A stretch of 64,000 nt of DNA from Penicillus capitatus (Eukaryota > Plantae > Chlorophyta): contig OZ287696.1 in NCBI GenBank assembly GCA_965649825.1, forward strand, positions 1,460,081-1,524,080. The letters run 5' to 3'. The notes below the pieces were generated by a model that was given only the letters and a program-made list of their open reading frames with translations, had not been told where the DNA came from and made no database searches. Position numbers and translations under genes: made by a program. The stretch's first letter is position 1. Each line of letters opens with the position of its first letter. Of the stretch, positions 11,006 through 19,426 are shown piece after piece.

Positions 11006-11630
11006 TGTAAAAGAATGGCGCGATTCTGACAGAACGCTGATGGGACGGCCATGTAATAAGTGGCATTACTGGCACTAAGTGTTTGTCGCGTCTTTGGCTG
11101 TGCGACGTAACCGTCGCTGCTGAGTCGCACTGACTAGGAAATGAGGCGTAGTGACTGGGCGTGAGTTCTTATGAAGTTCACATTGAACTTCATGGAACGT
11201 TCTAGAACTTCACCAGGAACTCACTCTTGAAGTTCAGCTGATTTTCCTGTCGTCACATCGGGGTCGGAGTATTTAAGCAAGGTTTCGACGCATAAAACAT
11301 CTTTCGATTGACACTTAAGTTCCTTTGGTACTGGTGAATCACATACACTCTGTTTACATCTTCTCAAAACATTCGCTGTCTACTTCTCAGTTGTAACAAG
11401 TTGTCTCTTGGCTGCAACCTCTGAACTCCCCAAAACGTCGCTAACCCCTCAAGAACCGCTCATCACTCATTCCATTTCCAAGACTTCCGCTGCGCTTGTG
11501 AAATGAGTCATTCCGGAGACGTCGAAGGCCCGGTCCTGCCGAGTGTGCCGCCACCACCCGTCCACAAAGTAAGGGCGGAAGACATCGTGACGGAGGTCGG
11601 CAAGAAGGCCGGGAAAGATGAATCTTCACA
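11006..11630 (+). repeat. 5' LTR (625 bp)
   Basis: Runs TGTAAAAGAATGG...GAATCTTCACA; no mismatch with the 3' copy seen by eye. Confidence 0.97.
11161..11236 (+). promoter_or_regulatory. LTR U3 enhancer cluster: heat-shock element plus GAA/TTC palindromes
   Basis: gGAAc-gTTCt-aGAAc at 11194-11208, perfect inverted repeat ATGAAGTTCA-CAT-TGAACTTCAT at 11171-11193, and TATA-like TATTTAAG at 11270-11277. Confidence 0.55.
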
Positions 11631-14580
11631 TGGTTTCGGAGCTGGGTCGAGTCGCGACGTTCAGAGAACCGCTTCAGAGATTCTAGCCGACCCAGAGCAG
11701 CAACGACTCGCCGAAGAAGCCCGGAGAAGAGCGCTGGAGCACGGCCCGCATCCACGACCTCGGGCCAGACCAGCGCCCGTGCCCGAAGGGAGAGGCCCTC
11801 GTATGGAAGAGCTTGCTATTGGCGCTACCATCCTCTGCGTCTTCGGCATCTTCTGGGATTGGGCATGGGGCAGCACCCTGCGTACCGCGGCATTCATTGC
11901 ACTAGTCGTCCTCCTCACGTGCGCTTACAAGTATGACTGGTTCGCACGTTTGGGGAAGTGGCTGTCGGAAAACGCCACGAAAGCGTACAACGCGCTGCAA
12001 GACCTCGGGAGGGATGAGCTGCCAGAACGACCTGACGAAGGTCCCTCCGAAGGAGACAACCCAAGGCCCCGAGGACGGCGGAAGACAAGCACGATTCTCT
12101 GGATTACCTTTTTCGTGTACCTATGCCTCTTTCCAGTCATGCATGTGGCCGCCATCCGGATGTTCGGCATGCCATATACGATGGAGGAACGCATTGAGCG
12201 CCAGTTCTCTGCGTTCGCAACTAAAGTCGAAGACCTCGCGAATTGCCCCCTGGGCGAGCGACTGGTAAAGACCTGGATGCCCACATTGTATGGCTGGCGC
12301 ACAGAGTGTCAACCGCTCATCTTCGACCTAGACGAAAAGGTCCTGCACGCCGCGTTCCAGGAAGCCGCCAAGGAGATCTACGCTGGATACCTGGGAGTGA
12401 GCCCGCGTATGTATCGGAATCGATCACTGGTGGACATAGCCAACGATGCCCTCGAATTCTCCAGGCGTTGGGGAGAGAAGGCCGAACGACGCGGACAACT
12501 CGCCAGGGAACAGATGGACAAGCTGAAAGAACACTATGAGCAAGCCCTGACGAGAATGCACCGGCGGCGGGTGACGGGCTCAGCCTGGCACCACAAGTTT
12601 ACACTGGCACCCCCGTCTTCAGCTGAGGCTGGAACCACGTCCTTCCTCACGGGGACAACCCGCGCCGTCAACCAGATCAATCTCAGCATCCTACAAATGG
12701 CTCGACAAATGACGGACGAAGCTGACGAAAGAGGATGGGAAGTACTCCAAGTCATCGACCGAGCTATCGCTAGGGCAGCACAGGACGGCGTGAACGCAAT
12801 CAAGGGGCAACTGCAGGGTGAGCTGGGGGCAGTCCGAGAACTCATGCCAACCGTTCTTGAGCAAACCAGGAAGCTTGCGGCAAGCGCAGATATGATAACC
12901 ACCTTTACTCGCTCGGTCCAGGCGCCACCTACAAGAACGTGGGGCGCATGGGCTGCAGGATGGTATGGGTTTGTCGTGAGCCCAGCGCACTGGGCGGTGG
13001 GTCTGCTTCGGTTCGTCATAAGTCCAAACATGGTCGATGGCCTCCAGGCCCTCCTCAGCATTAGGGCCGCCGGAAGCAACCAAAACCTCGGACTGATCCT
13101 GCTCGTGCTGGCCTTGGTAGGGATTCTCATGACGTTGGCTTTGATCGCCACCGTGGTCAAGAGGATCGCAGACGGAGTTCATTCGGTCGTCGACCTCGGA
13201 CAGGACACTATGCGCAGCATTTACAGCCTGACGTGGGGCACTGCTGCAGTCCTTTACTTCCCCTTCTGGGTCGCTTACTGGCTCATTGTCCAGCCACTGC
13301 TCTTTATCGGAAGCTTCATCTCCCAACAGCGAGCACAACCAATCCCGGTACCGCCACCACAAAGACCTCGCAGGGCTCGGACAGCTGCTGCTCATCAAAG
13401 CCAGCAGAGGGAACAACAGCGAGGCGGACAGCAGCCAGCGACGCAGCCAGCACCACAAAGTGCGGCACCCCGTCAGGAAGCCAACATGGCACCACCGCCA
13501 GCACCTCCAGCGGCACCACGTCAGGAAGCCAACATGGCAGCACCGCCACCGGCACCACCAGCGGCCCCCTCCCCCACCGTCCCGCAAGGAACCCACGAAA
13601 GAAGAGGTCAAGGAAGAGGCCACCAAGGGCGTGGGAGAGGTCAAGGACGCCGAGGACGCGGCCGAGGACGCGGTCGAGGGCACGGAGGCAGGGGAACGGG
13701 ATACAACTCGGATGAAGGGCAGCCACGACAAGCTGCTAGACCCTTTATCGCATGGGAAGACCGACCAGCCAGTGACGGGGAAGCAGACGAACTCCCGCAG
13801 GCCCCGCATCCGGTCGTTCTCCAAGGCCTGGGAAGTATCGAAAGCATACTGGATCGACTCCATCGCGTAGAAGAGCGACAGGCAGCCGCCGCAAGAGGAC
13901 AACCCCCGCCCATGATCAGGCCGACAATGCCCAGACCCCCCTCTCCCGGACCATCAAGAACGCCACGAATGGGTAGGCCCGCCGTACCGGCGATACAGGC
14001 CTCGCGGCTTCCACCACCAAGACGATGCGCAAACTGCAATGCCCGAGATCATGCAACCGGAGAATGCCCACACTTCTGGCAGCAAGTGGTGCACGTCCCG
14101 GAAGAACAGCAACGAGCGCCAGACGAGGGACCAAGCGACAGGCCACCAGTGGCAGCGGTATGGGACGCCGCCACAAGTAGTGACCCATCGCGTCTCTACT
14201 ACGTACGCGCCAAGCTGGCCGAGGGGGCTAGTCCAGTCCAGATGCTTGTGGATTCAGGCTCCTCCGTATGCGTGATGCCCACGGAGCGCTGCATACAAGG
14301 CGGTTGGGAGATACAACCCCTCCCTGAGCCCATGGAAGTCCAAGCATTCAACGGTGTGACAACTCAGGTTCGAGGCCGAGTGGGCCTCCCAGTGGACATC
14401 GGCGGAGAGACAAGACAAGTGCCGTTTCTCGTGGTAGACGGGCCCGAGCACCCAATCGTCGGCGTGAACGCTCTGCGAGATTTCGGCTGGAGTTTGGATT
14501 TCGCGGGAAACCGGCTCGTGGCCCCGGACGGGCGCTCAGTTATGTGCGCGGCAGTACGGGCAGCGCACCACCCAAACTGA
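11503..14580 (+). CDS. Retroelement ORF1: polytopic membrane protein + CCHC zinc knuckle + retropepsin protease (gag-pro position)
   Basis: 1025 aa. About six hydrophobic segments, Pro/Arg-Gly-rich regions, CANCNARDHATGEC (CX2CX4HX4C) and the protease motif MLVDSGSS. The ATG lies inside the 5' LTR. Confidence 0.9.
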   Translation: MSHSGDVEGPVLPSVPPPPVHKVRAEDIVTEVGKKAGKDESSHGFGAGSSRDVQRTASEILADPEQQRLAEEARRRALEHGPHPRPRARPAPVPEGRGPRMEELAIGATILCVFGIFWDWAWGSTLRTAAFIALVVLLTCAYKYDWFARLGKWLSENATKAYNALQDLGRDELPERPDEGPSEGDNPRPRGRRKTSTILWITFFVYLCLFPVMHVAAIRMFGMPYTMEERIERQFSAFATKVEDLANCPLGERLVKTWMPTLYGWRTECQPLIFDLDEKVLHAAFQEAAKEIYAGYLGVSPRMYRNRSLVDIANDALEFSRRWGEKAERRGQLAREQMDKLKEHYEQALTRMHRRRVTGSAWHHKFTLAPPSSAEAGTTSFLTGTTRAVNQINLSILQMARQMTDEADERGWEVLQVIDRAIARAAQDGVNAIKGQLQGELGAVRELMPTVLEQTRKLAASADMITTFTRSVQAPPTRTWGAWAAGWYGFVVSPAHWAVGLLRFVISPNMVDGLQALLSIRAAGSNQNLGLILLVLALVGILMTLALIATVVKRIADGVHSVVDLGQDTMRSIYSLTWGTAAVLYFPFWVAYWLIVQPLLFIGSFISQQRAQPIPVPPPQRPRRARTAAAHQSQQREQQRGGQQPATQPAPQSAAPRQEANMAPPPAPPAAPRQEANMAAPPPAPPAAPSPTVPQGTHERRGQGRGHQGRGRGQGRRGRGRGRGRGHGGRGTGYNSDEGQPRQAARPFIAWEDRPASDGEADELPQAPHPVVLQGLGSIESILDRLHRVEERQAAAARGQPPPMIRPTMPRPPSPGPSRTPRMGRPAVPAIQASRLPPPRRCANCNARDHATGECPHFWQQVVHVPEEQQRAPDEGPSDRPPVAAVWDAATSSDPSRLYYVRAKLAEGASPVQMLVDSGSSVCVMPTERCIQGGWEIQPLPEPMEVQAFNGVTTQVRGRVGLPVDIGGETRQVPFLVVDGPEHPIVGVNALRDFGWSLDFAGNRLVAPDGRSVMCAAVRAAHHPN
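11631..11642 (+). promoter_or_regulatory. Primer-binding site (tRNA-iMet-like)
   Basis: TGGTTTCGGAGC directly follows the LTR end and differs at 2 positions from the plant-type iMet PBS TGGTATCAGAGC. Confidence 0.7.
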
Positions 14581-14611
14581 CTGCCCCCTCCAAAAGCCAC
14601 GGGAGGGGCGG
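14571..14611 (+). promoter_or_regulatory. -1 ribosomal frameshift signal (slippery heptamer + stem-loop)
   Basis: C CCA AAC immediately before the ORF1 TGA, then a 7 nt spacer and stem CCCCTCC (14585-14591) / GGAGGGG (14602-14608). The -1 frame continues as PKLTAPSKSH in pol. Confidence 0.8.
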
Positions 14612-17405
14612 CACTGTTCGCGTGCACCAGCAATGGGAGATCAAGGACGGAACGGGAATCTCAGTCACTCCAAAGGGAGTCCAGCTGCAAAGTGGAAAGC
14701 CAAGATTCTTGCCGCCAAAGACTTGGGAACGCTGGTACCTCCCGTGGAAGCTAGAAGTAGAAGGCGGCGTCACCATAGCTAGCTGTTTTCAGCGACCCGA
14801 GGTTCTGTCTGGAGTAGTAGTAACCTCTGGAGGAATGGTACGATGTGAGGTCTACAATACGTCAGAAAGAGTGATTCGAGTCACTCCGACCACGCCCCTC
14901 GTTTCTTTGCACGGACACAGCAGCATTGAGGTAGTCCGGCTAGCCAAGATCGGCTCAGTCGCCGTTGACACCCTTGCCGAGTCCCTGCGAAACGAGCTAG
15001 CGCGTCGTTTTCCTGACGTCAGCGACCTAAGCCGGCACCCTATCGTGCCCGCCATGGAGCCCCTTCGAGTCAGAGCCGACGAAGTCTGCTGGACCCCACC
15101 TAGAGAGCAAGGATTGCGCACATCATACAAGACAGAGCAAGTCGCCGACCGACGTAAGATAGCCGAACAGCTCGAGCACTATGTGCGGCGCGGCTATCTG
15201 CGACCGGTCTCCATGAGTGAGCGAGTGGCCTTGAGCCCCCTGTACCCCATCCCCAAAAAGGATGGCAGCTACAGGTTCACCAACGACTTTCGTTGGCTGA
15301 ATGCTCACTTTAAGAAGCATGGAATGACCCAGATCGACGTCTGGCGGCGACTATGGGATGTGGATCCAGCCTGGCGATACTTCGCCAAGCTGGACCTCAA
15401 GGACGGCTTTTTTGCAATCCCGGTATGCCCAGAGCTGCAGACTGCGTTCGCGTTCACCTGGCAGGACCGCCGTTACGCCTGGAAGCGCCTGCCGCAGGGA
15501 TGGTCATGGAGTCCGATCCTCTTCGCGGAGCGGGTAGCAGAGATTGTACAGGGGCTCGGCGCGGTGCAGTATGCCGACGACCTCCTTGTCGGTGGTACCA
15601 CCCCAGAAGAACTCTGTGACCGCGTCCGCAGCATTTTTGCTCGCTTCCAGGAGTTCGGTCTCAAGGTGAATCTGGCCAAGACGGAGCTTCTGCTGACAAA
15701 GGTCAGATTTCTGGGGATGGAGCTGTCGCACGGGTCATGGACGCTCACGGACTACTTCCGTAGCCGCTGGGCGCAGCTCGGAGAGGTGACGCACTGGAAA
15801 GATCTTGAGCGCCTCGTCGGAGTACTCTCTTATCTGAGGCGAACCATCGTGGATCTCGAGAGACTCATAACCCCTCTCCGTCAGCTGCTTGCGGAAGCTA
15901 AGGCAAGAAAGCAGAACGATGAATGGTGGAACCAAGCCCGACAGAAAGTCTGGGAAGTGCTGCTACGAGCACTCGACCGACAAGTACTGCTCGAACTGCC
16001 CGGTCTCCAGACAACACAGTACATCCTCGAGACAGACTGGTCAGGTGAGCACGCAGGGTACCTGCTATGGGCCAAGGGGTCCCACCACGAACACCTCGTC
16101 GACCTTGGAAGCAAGAGCGTGCCAGAGACGACCTCTTCGTTTCTCGGCGAACTCAAGGCGATCGTGTGGGCCTGCCAGACAACGAAGCCGCTACGAGGCG
16201 ACCTCCCCCTGCTCATCCGAACGGACAATCAGGCCGTCGCCGAGCAACTGGCTACGACCACGCCGAGTCTCAAGGACAAACGTGTCATGCGCCTGCTGGG
16301 GTGGCTCCTAGGAAATGAAAACTTCACCGTGGAATTCGTCCCCGGGGCCGAGAACCGGGGCGCAGACCTCTTGTCCAGGCCTCGTAAGGGAAAGGGTGTG
16401 GCCAAAGTGTTCCAGACGGAGACAGGTCCGACGCGGAATCAGTTGGAGCAGATCAAAAAAGCCCATCGAGGACATTTCAACTGGCAGACGACGCTGCGAA
16501 ATCTCAAGTCAGCAGGCGCGGATTGGCCTGGGATGCGGGCACAGGTGCGACGATTCGTCCAAGACTGCAGGCAGTGTCAAGGCTACGGCCGACCCGTCCA
16601 GAAACCGGTCTGGGGCTCATGGGACTGTCCCCGCCCCAACGATACGGTCTTTTGCGACTTTCTTGGGCCACTACGCTGGGAGAAAGGGGAAGACGACGTA
16701 CACGTATTCCTCATGATCGACGGGTTCAGCCGCTACGTCATTCTCACCGCCTCAGCAGGGCCAACGGCCGAGGCAGCAAAGGCGGGCCTGCGCAAATGGA
16801 GATACCGCTTCGGGTCACCTCGCCGATTGGTGAGTGACCAAGGCGCCGCCTTCGTCTCCATTGACTTTGAGGAATACTGCAGCCGGCACCGTGTGGAGAT
16901 GGCACTATCCCCGGCCTACGCCCACTGGAGTAACGGAATGGCCGAGCGAGCCATCGGCACCATCCTGGGTCGAATCCGAAGAGAAGGCCCGAGCGCACCA
17001 TGGCCGTCGCTCCTCCAGCGAGTCGAAGCGGCGTATAATGAATCATGGCACTCGGCGCTGGGGTACGCTCCAACTCTTATCATGACGGGAAAGCGACCCG
17101 ACGGCACCCAGCTCCCGGAGGCAGAGCTCGAAAGGATAAGAGAAAGAGCCTGGAGACGCTCGGACGACCAACGGCGGAAGCGAAAGGCAAGGCACGAGCG
17201 AAGCGTCCCAACGAGGCGAGAACTGCGAGTCGGAGACGAGGTGGCCCTCCAAGTGCAGCGCCCTGAAAACAAGCTTGCGCCGCAATGGCACTTTGGCTGG
17301 CGCATACACAGGATGCTGACTCCGCACCTCGTCGAAGTCGAGACCCTGGACGGCAAGACGCGCAAGTCCTGTCACGCGCATCAGCTGCGGTTGCTGCGCG
17401 GATAA
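14571..17405 (+). CDS. pol: Retroelement ORF2/pol: dUTPase-like domain, reverse transcriptase, RNase H, integrase
   Basis: RT: LDLKDGFF, LPQGW, YADD. RNase H: ETDWSG, ELKAIV, RTDNQA, ADLLSR. Integrase: HRGH..CRQC, FCDFLGP, VSDQG, SNGMAER. No stops. Confidence 0.95.
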   Translation, partial: PKLTAPSKSHGRGGTVRVHQQWEIKDGTGISVTPKGVQLQSGKPRFLPPKTWERWYLPWKLEVEGGVTIASCFQRPEVLSGVVVTSGGMVRCEVYNTSERVIRVTPTTPLVSLHGHSSIEVVRLAKIGSVAVDTLAESLRNELARRFPDVSDLSRHPIVPAMEPLRVRADEVCWTPPREQGLRTSYKTEQVADRRKIAEQLEHYVRRGYLRPVSMSERVALSPLYPIPKKDGSYRFTNDFRWLNAHFKKHGMTQIDVWRRLWDVDPAWRYFAKLDLKDGFFAIPVCPELQTAFAFTWQDRRYAWKRLPQGWSWSPILFAERVAEIVQGLGAVQYADDLLVGGTTPEELCDRVRSIFARFQEFGLKVNLAKTELLLTKVRFLGMELSHGSWTLTDYFRSRWAQLGEVTHWKDLERLVGVLSYLRRTIVDLERLITPLRQLLAEAKARKQNDEWWNQARQKVWEVLLRALDRQVLLELPGLQTTQYILETDWSGEHAGYLLWAKGSHHEHLVDLGSKSVPETTSSFLGELKAIVWACQTTKPLRGDLPLLIRTDNQAVAEQLATTTPSLKDKRVMRLLGWLLGNENFTVEFVPGAENRGADLLSRPRKGKGVAKVFQTETGPTRNQLEQIKKAHRGHFNWQTTLRNLKSAGADWPGMRAQVRRFVQDCRQCQGYGRPVQKPVWGSWDCPRPNDTVFCDFLGPLRWEKGEDDVHVFLMIDGFSRYVILTASAGPTAEAAKAGLRKWRYRFGSPRRLVSDQGAAFVSIDFEEYCSRHRVEMALSPAYAHWSNGMAERAIGTILGRIRREGPSAPWPSLLQRVEAAYNESWHSALGYAPTLIMTGKRPDGTQLPEAELERIRERAWRRSDDQRRKRKARHERSVPTRRELRVGDEVALQVQRPENKLAPQWHFGWRIHRMLTPHLVEVETLDGKTRKSCHAHQLRLLRG

Positions 17406-17634
17406 GACGCCAGGTGGCGGCGCTCAGCGGTTACTGGCGGATAGTTCAGAATCCTATGGAATTCGCAACGGTTGGCGACGGGTATGCATTTACGCAGAAG
17501 AGTTCTCGGTGGTTGGGTGTCAGCTTCCCCCAGCGGGGCGAAGCTCCCGACGGATGCCGTGAACTTCGAGTAAACCATAGGATAACCACCAGTCAGAGCG
17601 CGCTCTGGACACGCGTCCCTGGAGGTTACGTGGG

Positions 17635-17642
17635 TATAAAAG
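17635..17642 (+). promoter_or_regulatory. Candidate internal TATA box for ORF3
   Basis: TATAAAAG 44 nt upstream of the ORF3 ATG, preceded by the 14 bp palindrome CAGAGCGCGCTCTG (17594-17607). Confidence 0.5.
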
Positions 17643-17678
17643 GACCGTCCGCACCGGGATTTCACCATTCGCTCGCAC

Positions 17679-18674
17679 ATGTCTTTTGTCTTGTTCAGCT
17701 TCTTCGCGCTTGTTCTTGCCGTCATCCTGGTCGCTACTTCGTGGACTGCGGTGGCGCAGGAGTTTTGCATTGGCTTCACAGTGTTTTTGGCGTTTTGCCT
17801 CCTCGAAGCTTTGGTCACATTCACCATGAAGAGAGAGCGAAGCTCGTCAACCTCGGGAGAGGACCTGACGCAACTCACCAGCCTCCGCCGCGTGGCCCCG
17901 GCCTCCTCCTCGGAGAGCCTGACGCCCGCAGCGGAGCATAGCATGGCGGAAGTTAGGGAGCGCTGTCGTTCCCTGACTCTGGCCGACCTAATCGCTGAGA
18001 TTGACAGGCGCCTCGAGGAGGGGGCCGGGACCACACGGACGGTGATGGAGGCCCCCACGAACACGACTCAACCGAGGAACGAGGCACCGCAACAAGGCCA
18101 ACGCGGAAGAAGCCGCGGGAGGCAAGGGGCAAGCTCCTCCCGACAAGGAAGGGGAAACCCTCCACCGCCCCCTCCACCGCCCGGGCGAAGGCCCCCTAGG
18201 CCAGCCTCTCCCCGAGACGTCCCGCCAGTGCCCGCTCTCTCGCGTCGGAACCCTGGACCACGCTACATCGTCGCGGGGGAGCTCGGGGAACTCGCTCTTC
18301 CACACCGATTCCTCGTGGATCCCCAGCTCCCCGGGCACGTGGTGGGACGGAGGACGGCAGAACTCCTCGGCCTTCGCATTCGCCCCGTCCACGGACCGCC
18401 CCCACCTGGATTTGGGTTTACGGCAGAGGTGGTACGGGAAGACGGCGGGACAAGCGAAGTAATCGGACATGCATCGGCTCGGGTGAAGATCGGGTACGAG
18501 TTCCACATTCTGGATTTTATGGTGGTGGCCGACAGAGTGGAGACGAAGCTGGGACCGGAGGTGATGCGCCCCTTCCGCCTTCGAGGCGACCGAGTCAATC
18601 GCGTACTCTACCAATCCGAGACCTCTCGGATCGGAATCCCGGATCCACGAACGGAACGCAACGTCGCCCCCTAG
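17679..18674 (+). CDS. Retroelement ORF3: membrane-anchored protein with degenerate retropepsin-like domain
   Basis: 331 aa. Two N-terminal hydrophobic helices, Arg/Gly- and Pro-rich regions, and a C-terminal domain that aligns by eye to the ORF1 protease but has FLVDPQ instead of MLVDSG. Confidence 0.8.
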   Translation: MSFVLFSFFALVLAVILVATSWTAVAQEFCIGFTVFLAFCLLEALVTFTMKRERSSSTSGEDLTQLTSLRRVAPASSSESLTPAAEHSMAEVRERCRSLTLADLIAEIDRRLEEGAGTTRTVMEAPTNTTQPRNEAPQQGQRGRSRGRQGASSSRQGRGNPPPPPPPPGRRPPRPASPRDVPPVPALSRRNPGPRYIVAGELGELALPHRFLVDPQLPGHVVGRRTAELLGLRIRPVHGPPPPGFGFTAEVVREDGGTSEVIGHASARVKIGYEFHILDFMVVADRVETKLGPEVMRPFRLRGDRVNRVLYQSETSRIGIPDPRTERNVAP

Positions 18675-18801
18675 GGGCCATCGCTCTTCTACTGTTTTGT
18701 TGCTAGGTTTAGGCATTGGGTGGGTTTTCTTTCGCTTCGTTGGCTTGCACAAAAACGCAAGCCACATCGGAGTTCACGCAACGGGAATGCGGGTGCGCCC
18801 A

Positions 18802-19426
18802 TGTAAAAGAATGGCGCGATTCTGACAGAACGCTGATGGGACGGCCATGTAATAAGTGGCATTACTGGCACTAAGTGTTTGTCGCGTCTTTGGCTGTGCG
18901 ACGTAACCGTCGCTGCTGAGTCGCACTGACTAGGAAATGAGGCGTAGTGACTGGGCGTGAGTTCTTATGAAGTTCACATTGAACTTCATGGAACGTTCTA
19001 GAACTTCACCAGGAACTCACTCTTGAAGTTCAGCTGATTTTCCTGTCGTCACATCGGGGTCGGAGTATTTAAGCAAGGTTTCGACGCATAAAACATCTTT
19101 CGATTGACACTTAAGTTCCTTTGGTACTGGTGAATCACATACACTCTGTTTACATCTTCTCAAAACATTCGCTGTCTACTTCTCAGTTGTAACAAGTTGT
19201 CTCTTGGCTGCAACCTCTGAACTCCCCAAAACGTCGCTAACCCCTCAAGAACCGCTCATCACTCATTCCATTTCCAAGACTTCCGCTGCGCTTGTGAAAT
19301 GAGTCATTCCGGAGACGTCGAAGGCCCGGTCCTGCCGAGTGTGCCGCCACCACCCGTCCACAAAGTAAGGGCGGAAGACATCGTGACGGAGGTCGGCAAG
19401 AAGGCCGGGAAAGATGAATCTTCACA
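18802..19426 (+). repeat. 3' LTR (625 bp)
   Basis: Copy of 11006-11630, followed by TSD CCGTG. Confidence 0.97.

Larger units (their letters stand above)
11006..19426 (+). mobile_element. Full-length Ty3/gypsy-type LTR retroelement with three ORFs
   Basis: Two 625 bp TG...CA LTRs, a 5 bp TSD CCGTG (11001-11005 and 19427-19431), a PBS-like site and PR-RT-RH-IN domain order. Confidence 0.97.

Noticed and set aside
13465-13565. Tandem duplication encoding APRQEANMAPPPAPPA twice
   Set aside because: Real but a simple slippage duplication within a disordered linker of ORF1; not CRISPR-like or otherwise informative.
12534-13902. Long antisense ORFs (208 and 403 aa) opposite retroelement ORF1
   Set aside because: Low-complexity shadows of a GC-rich, stop-poor sense ORF with no recognisable motifs.
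17988-18767. 259 aa antisense ORF opposite ORF3
   Set aside because: Arg/Pro/Gly-rich mirror of ORF3; no independent evidence, although antisense ORFs do occur in some LTR elements.
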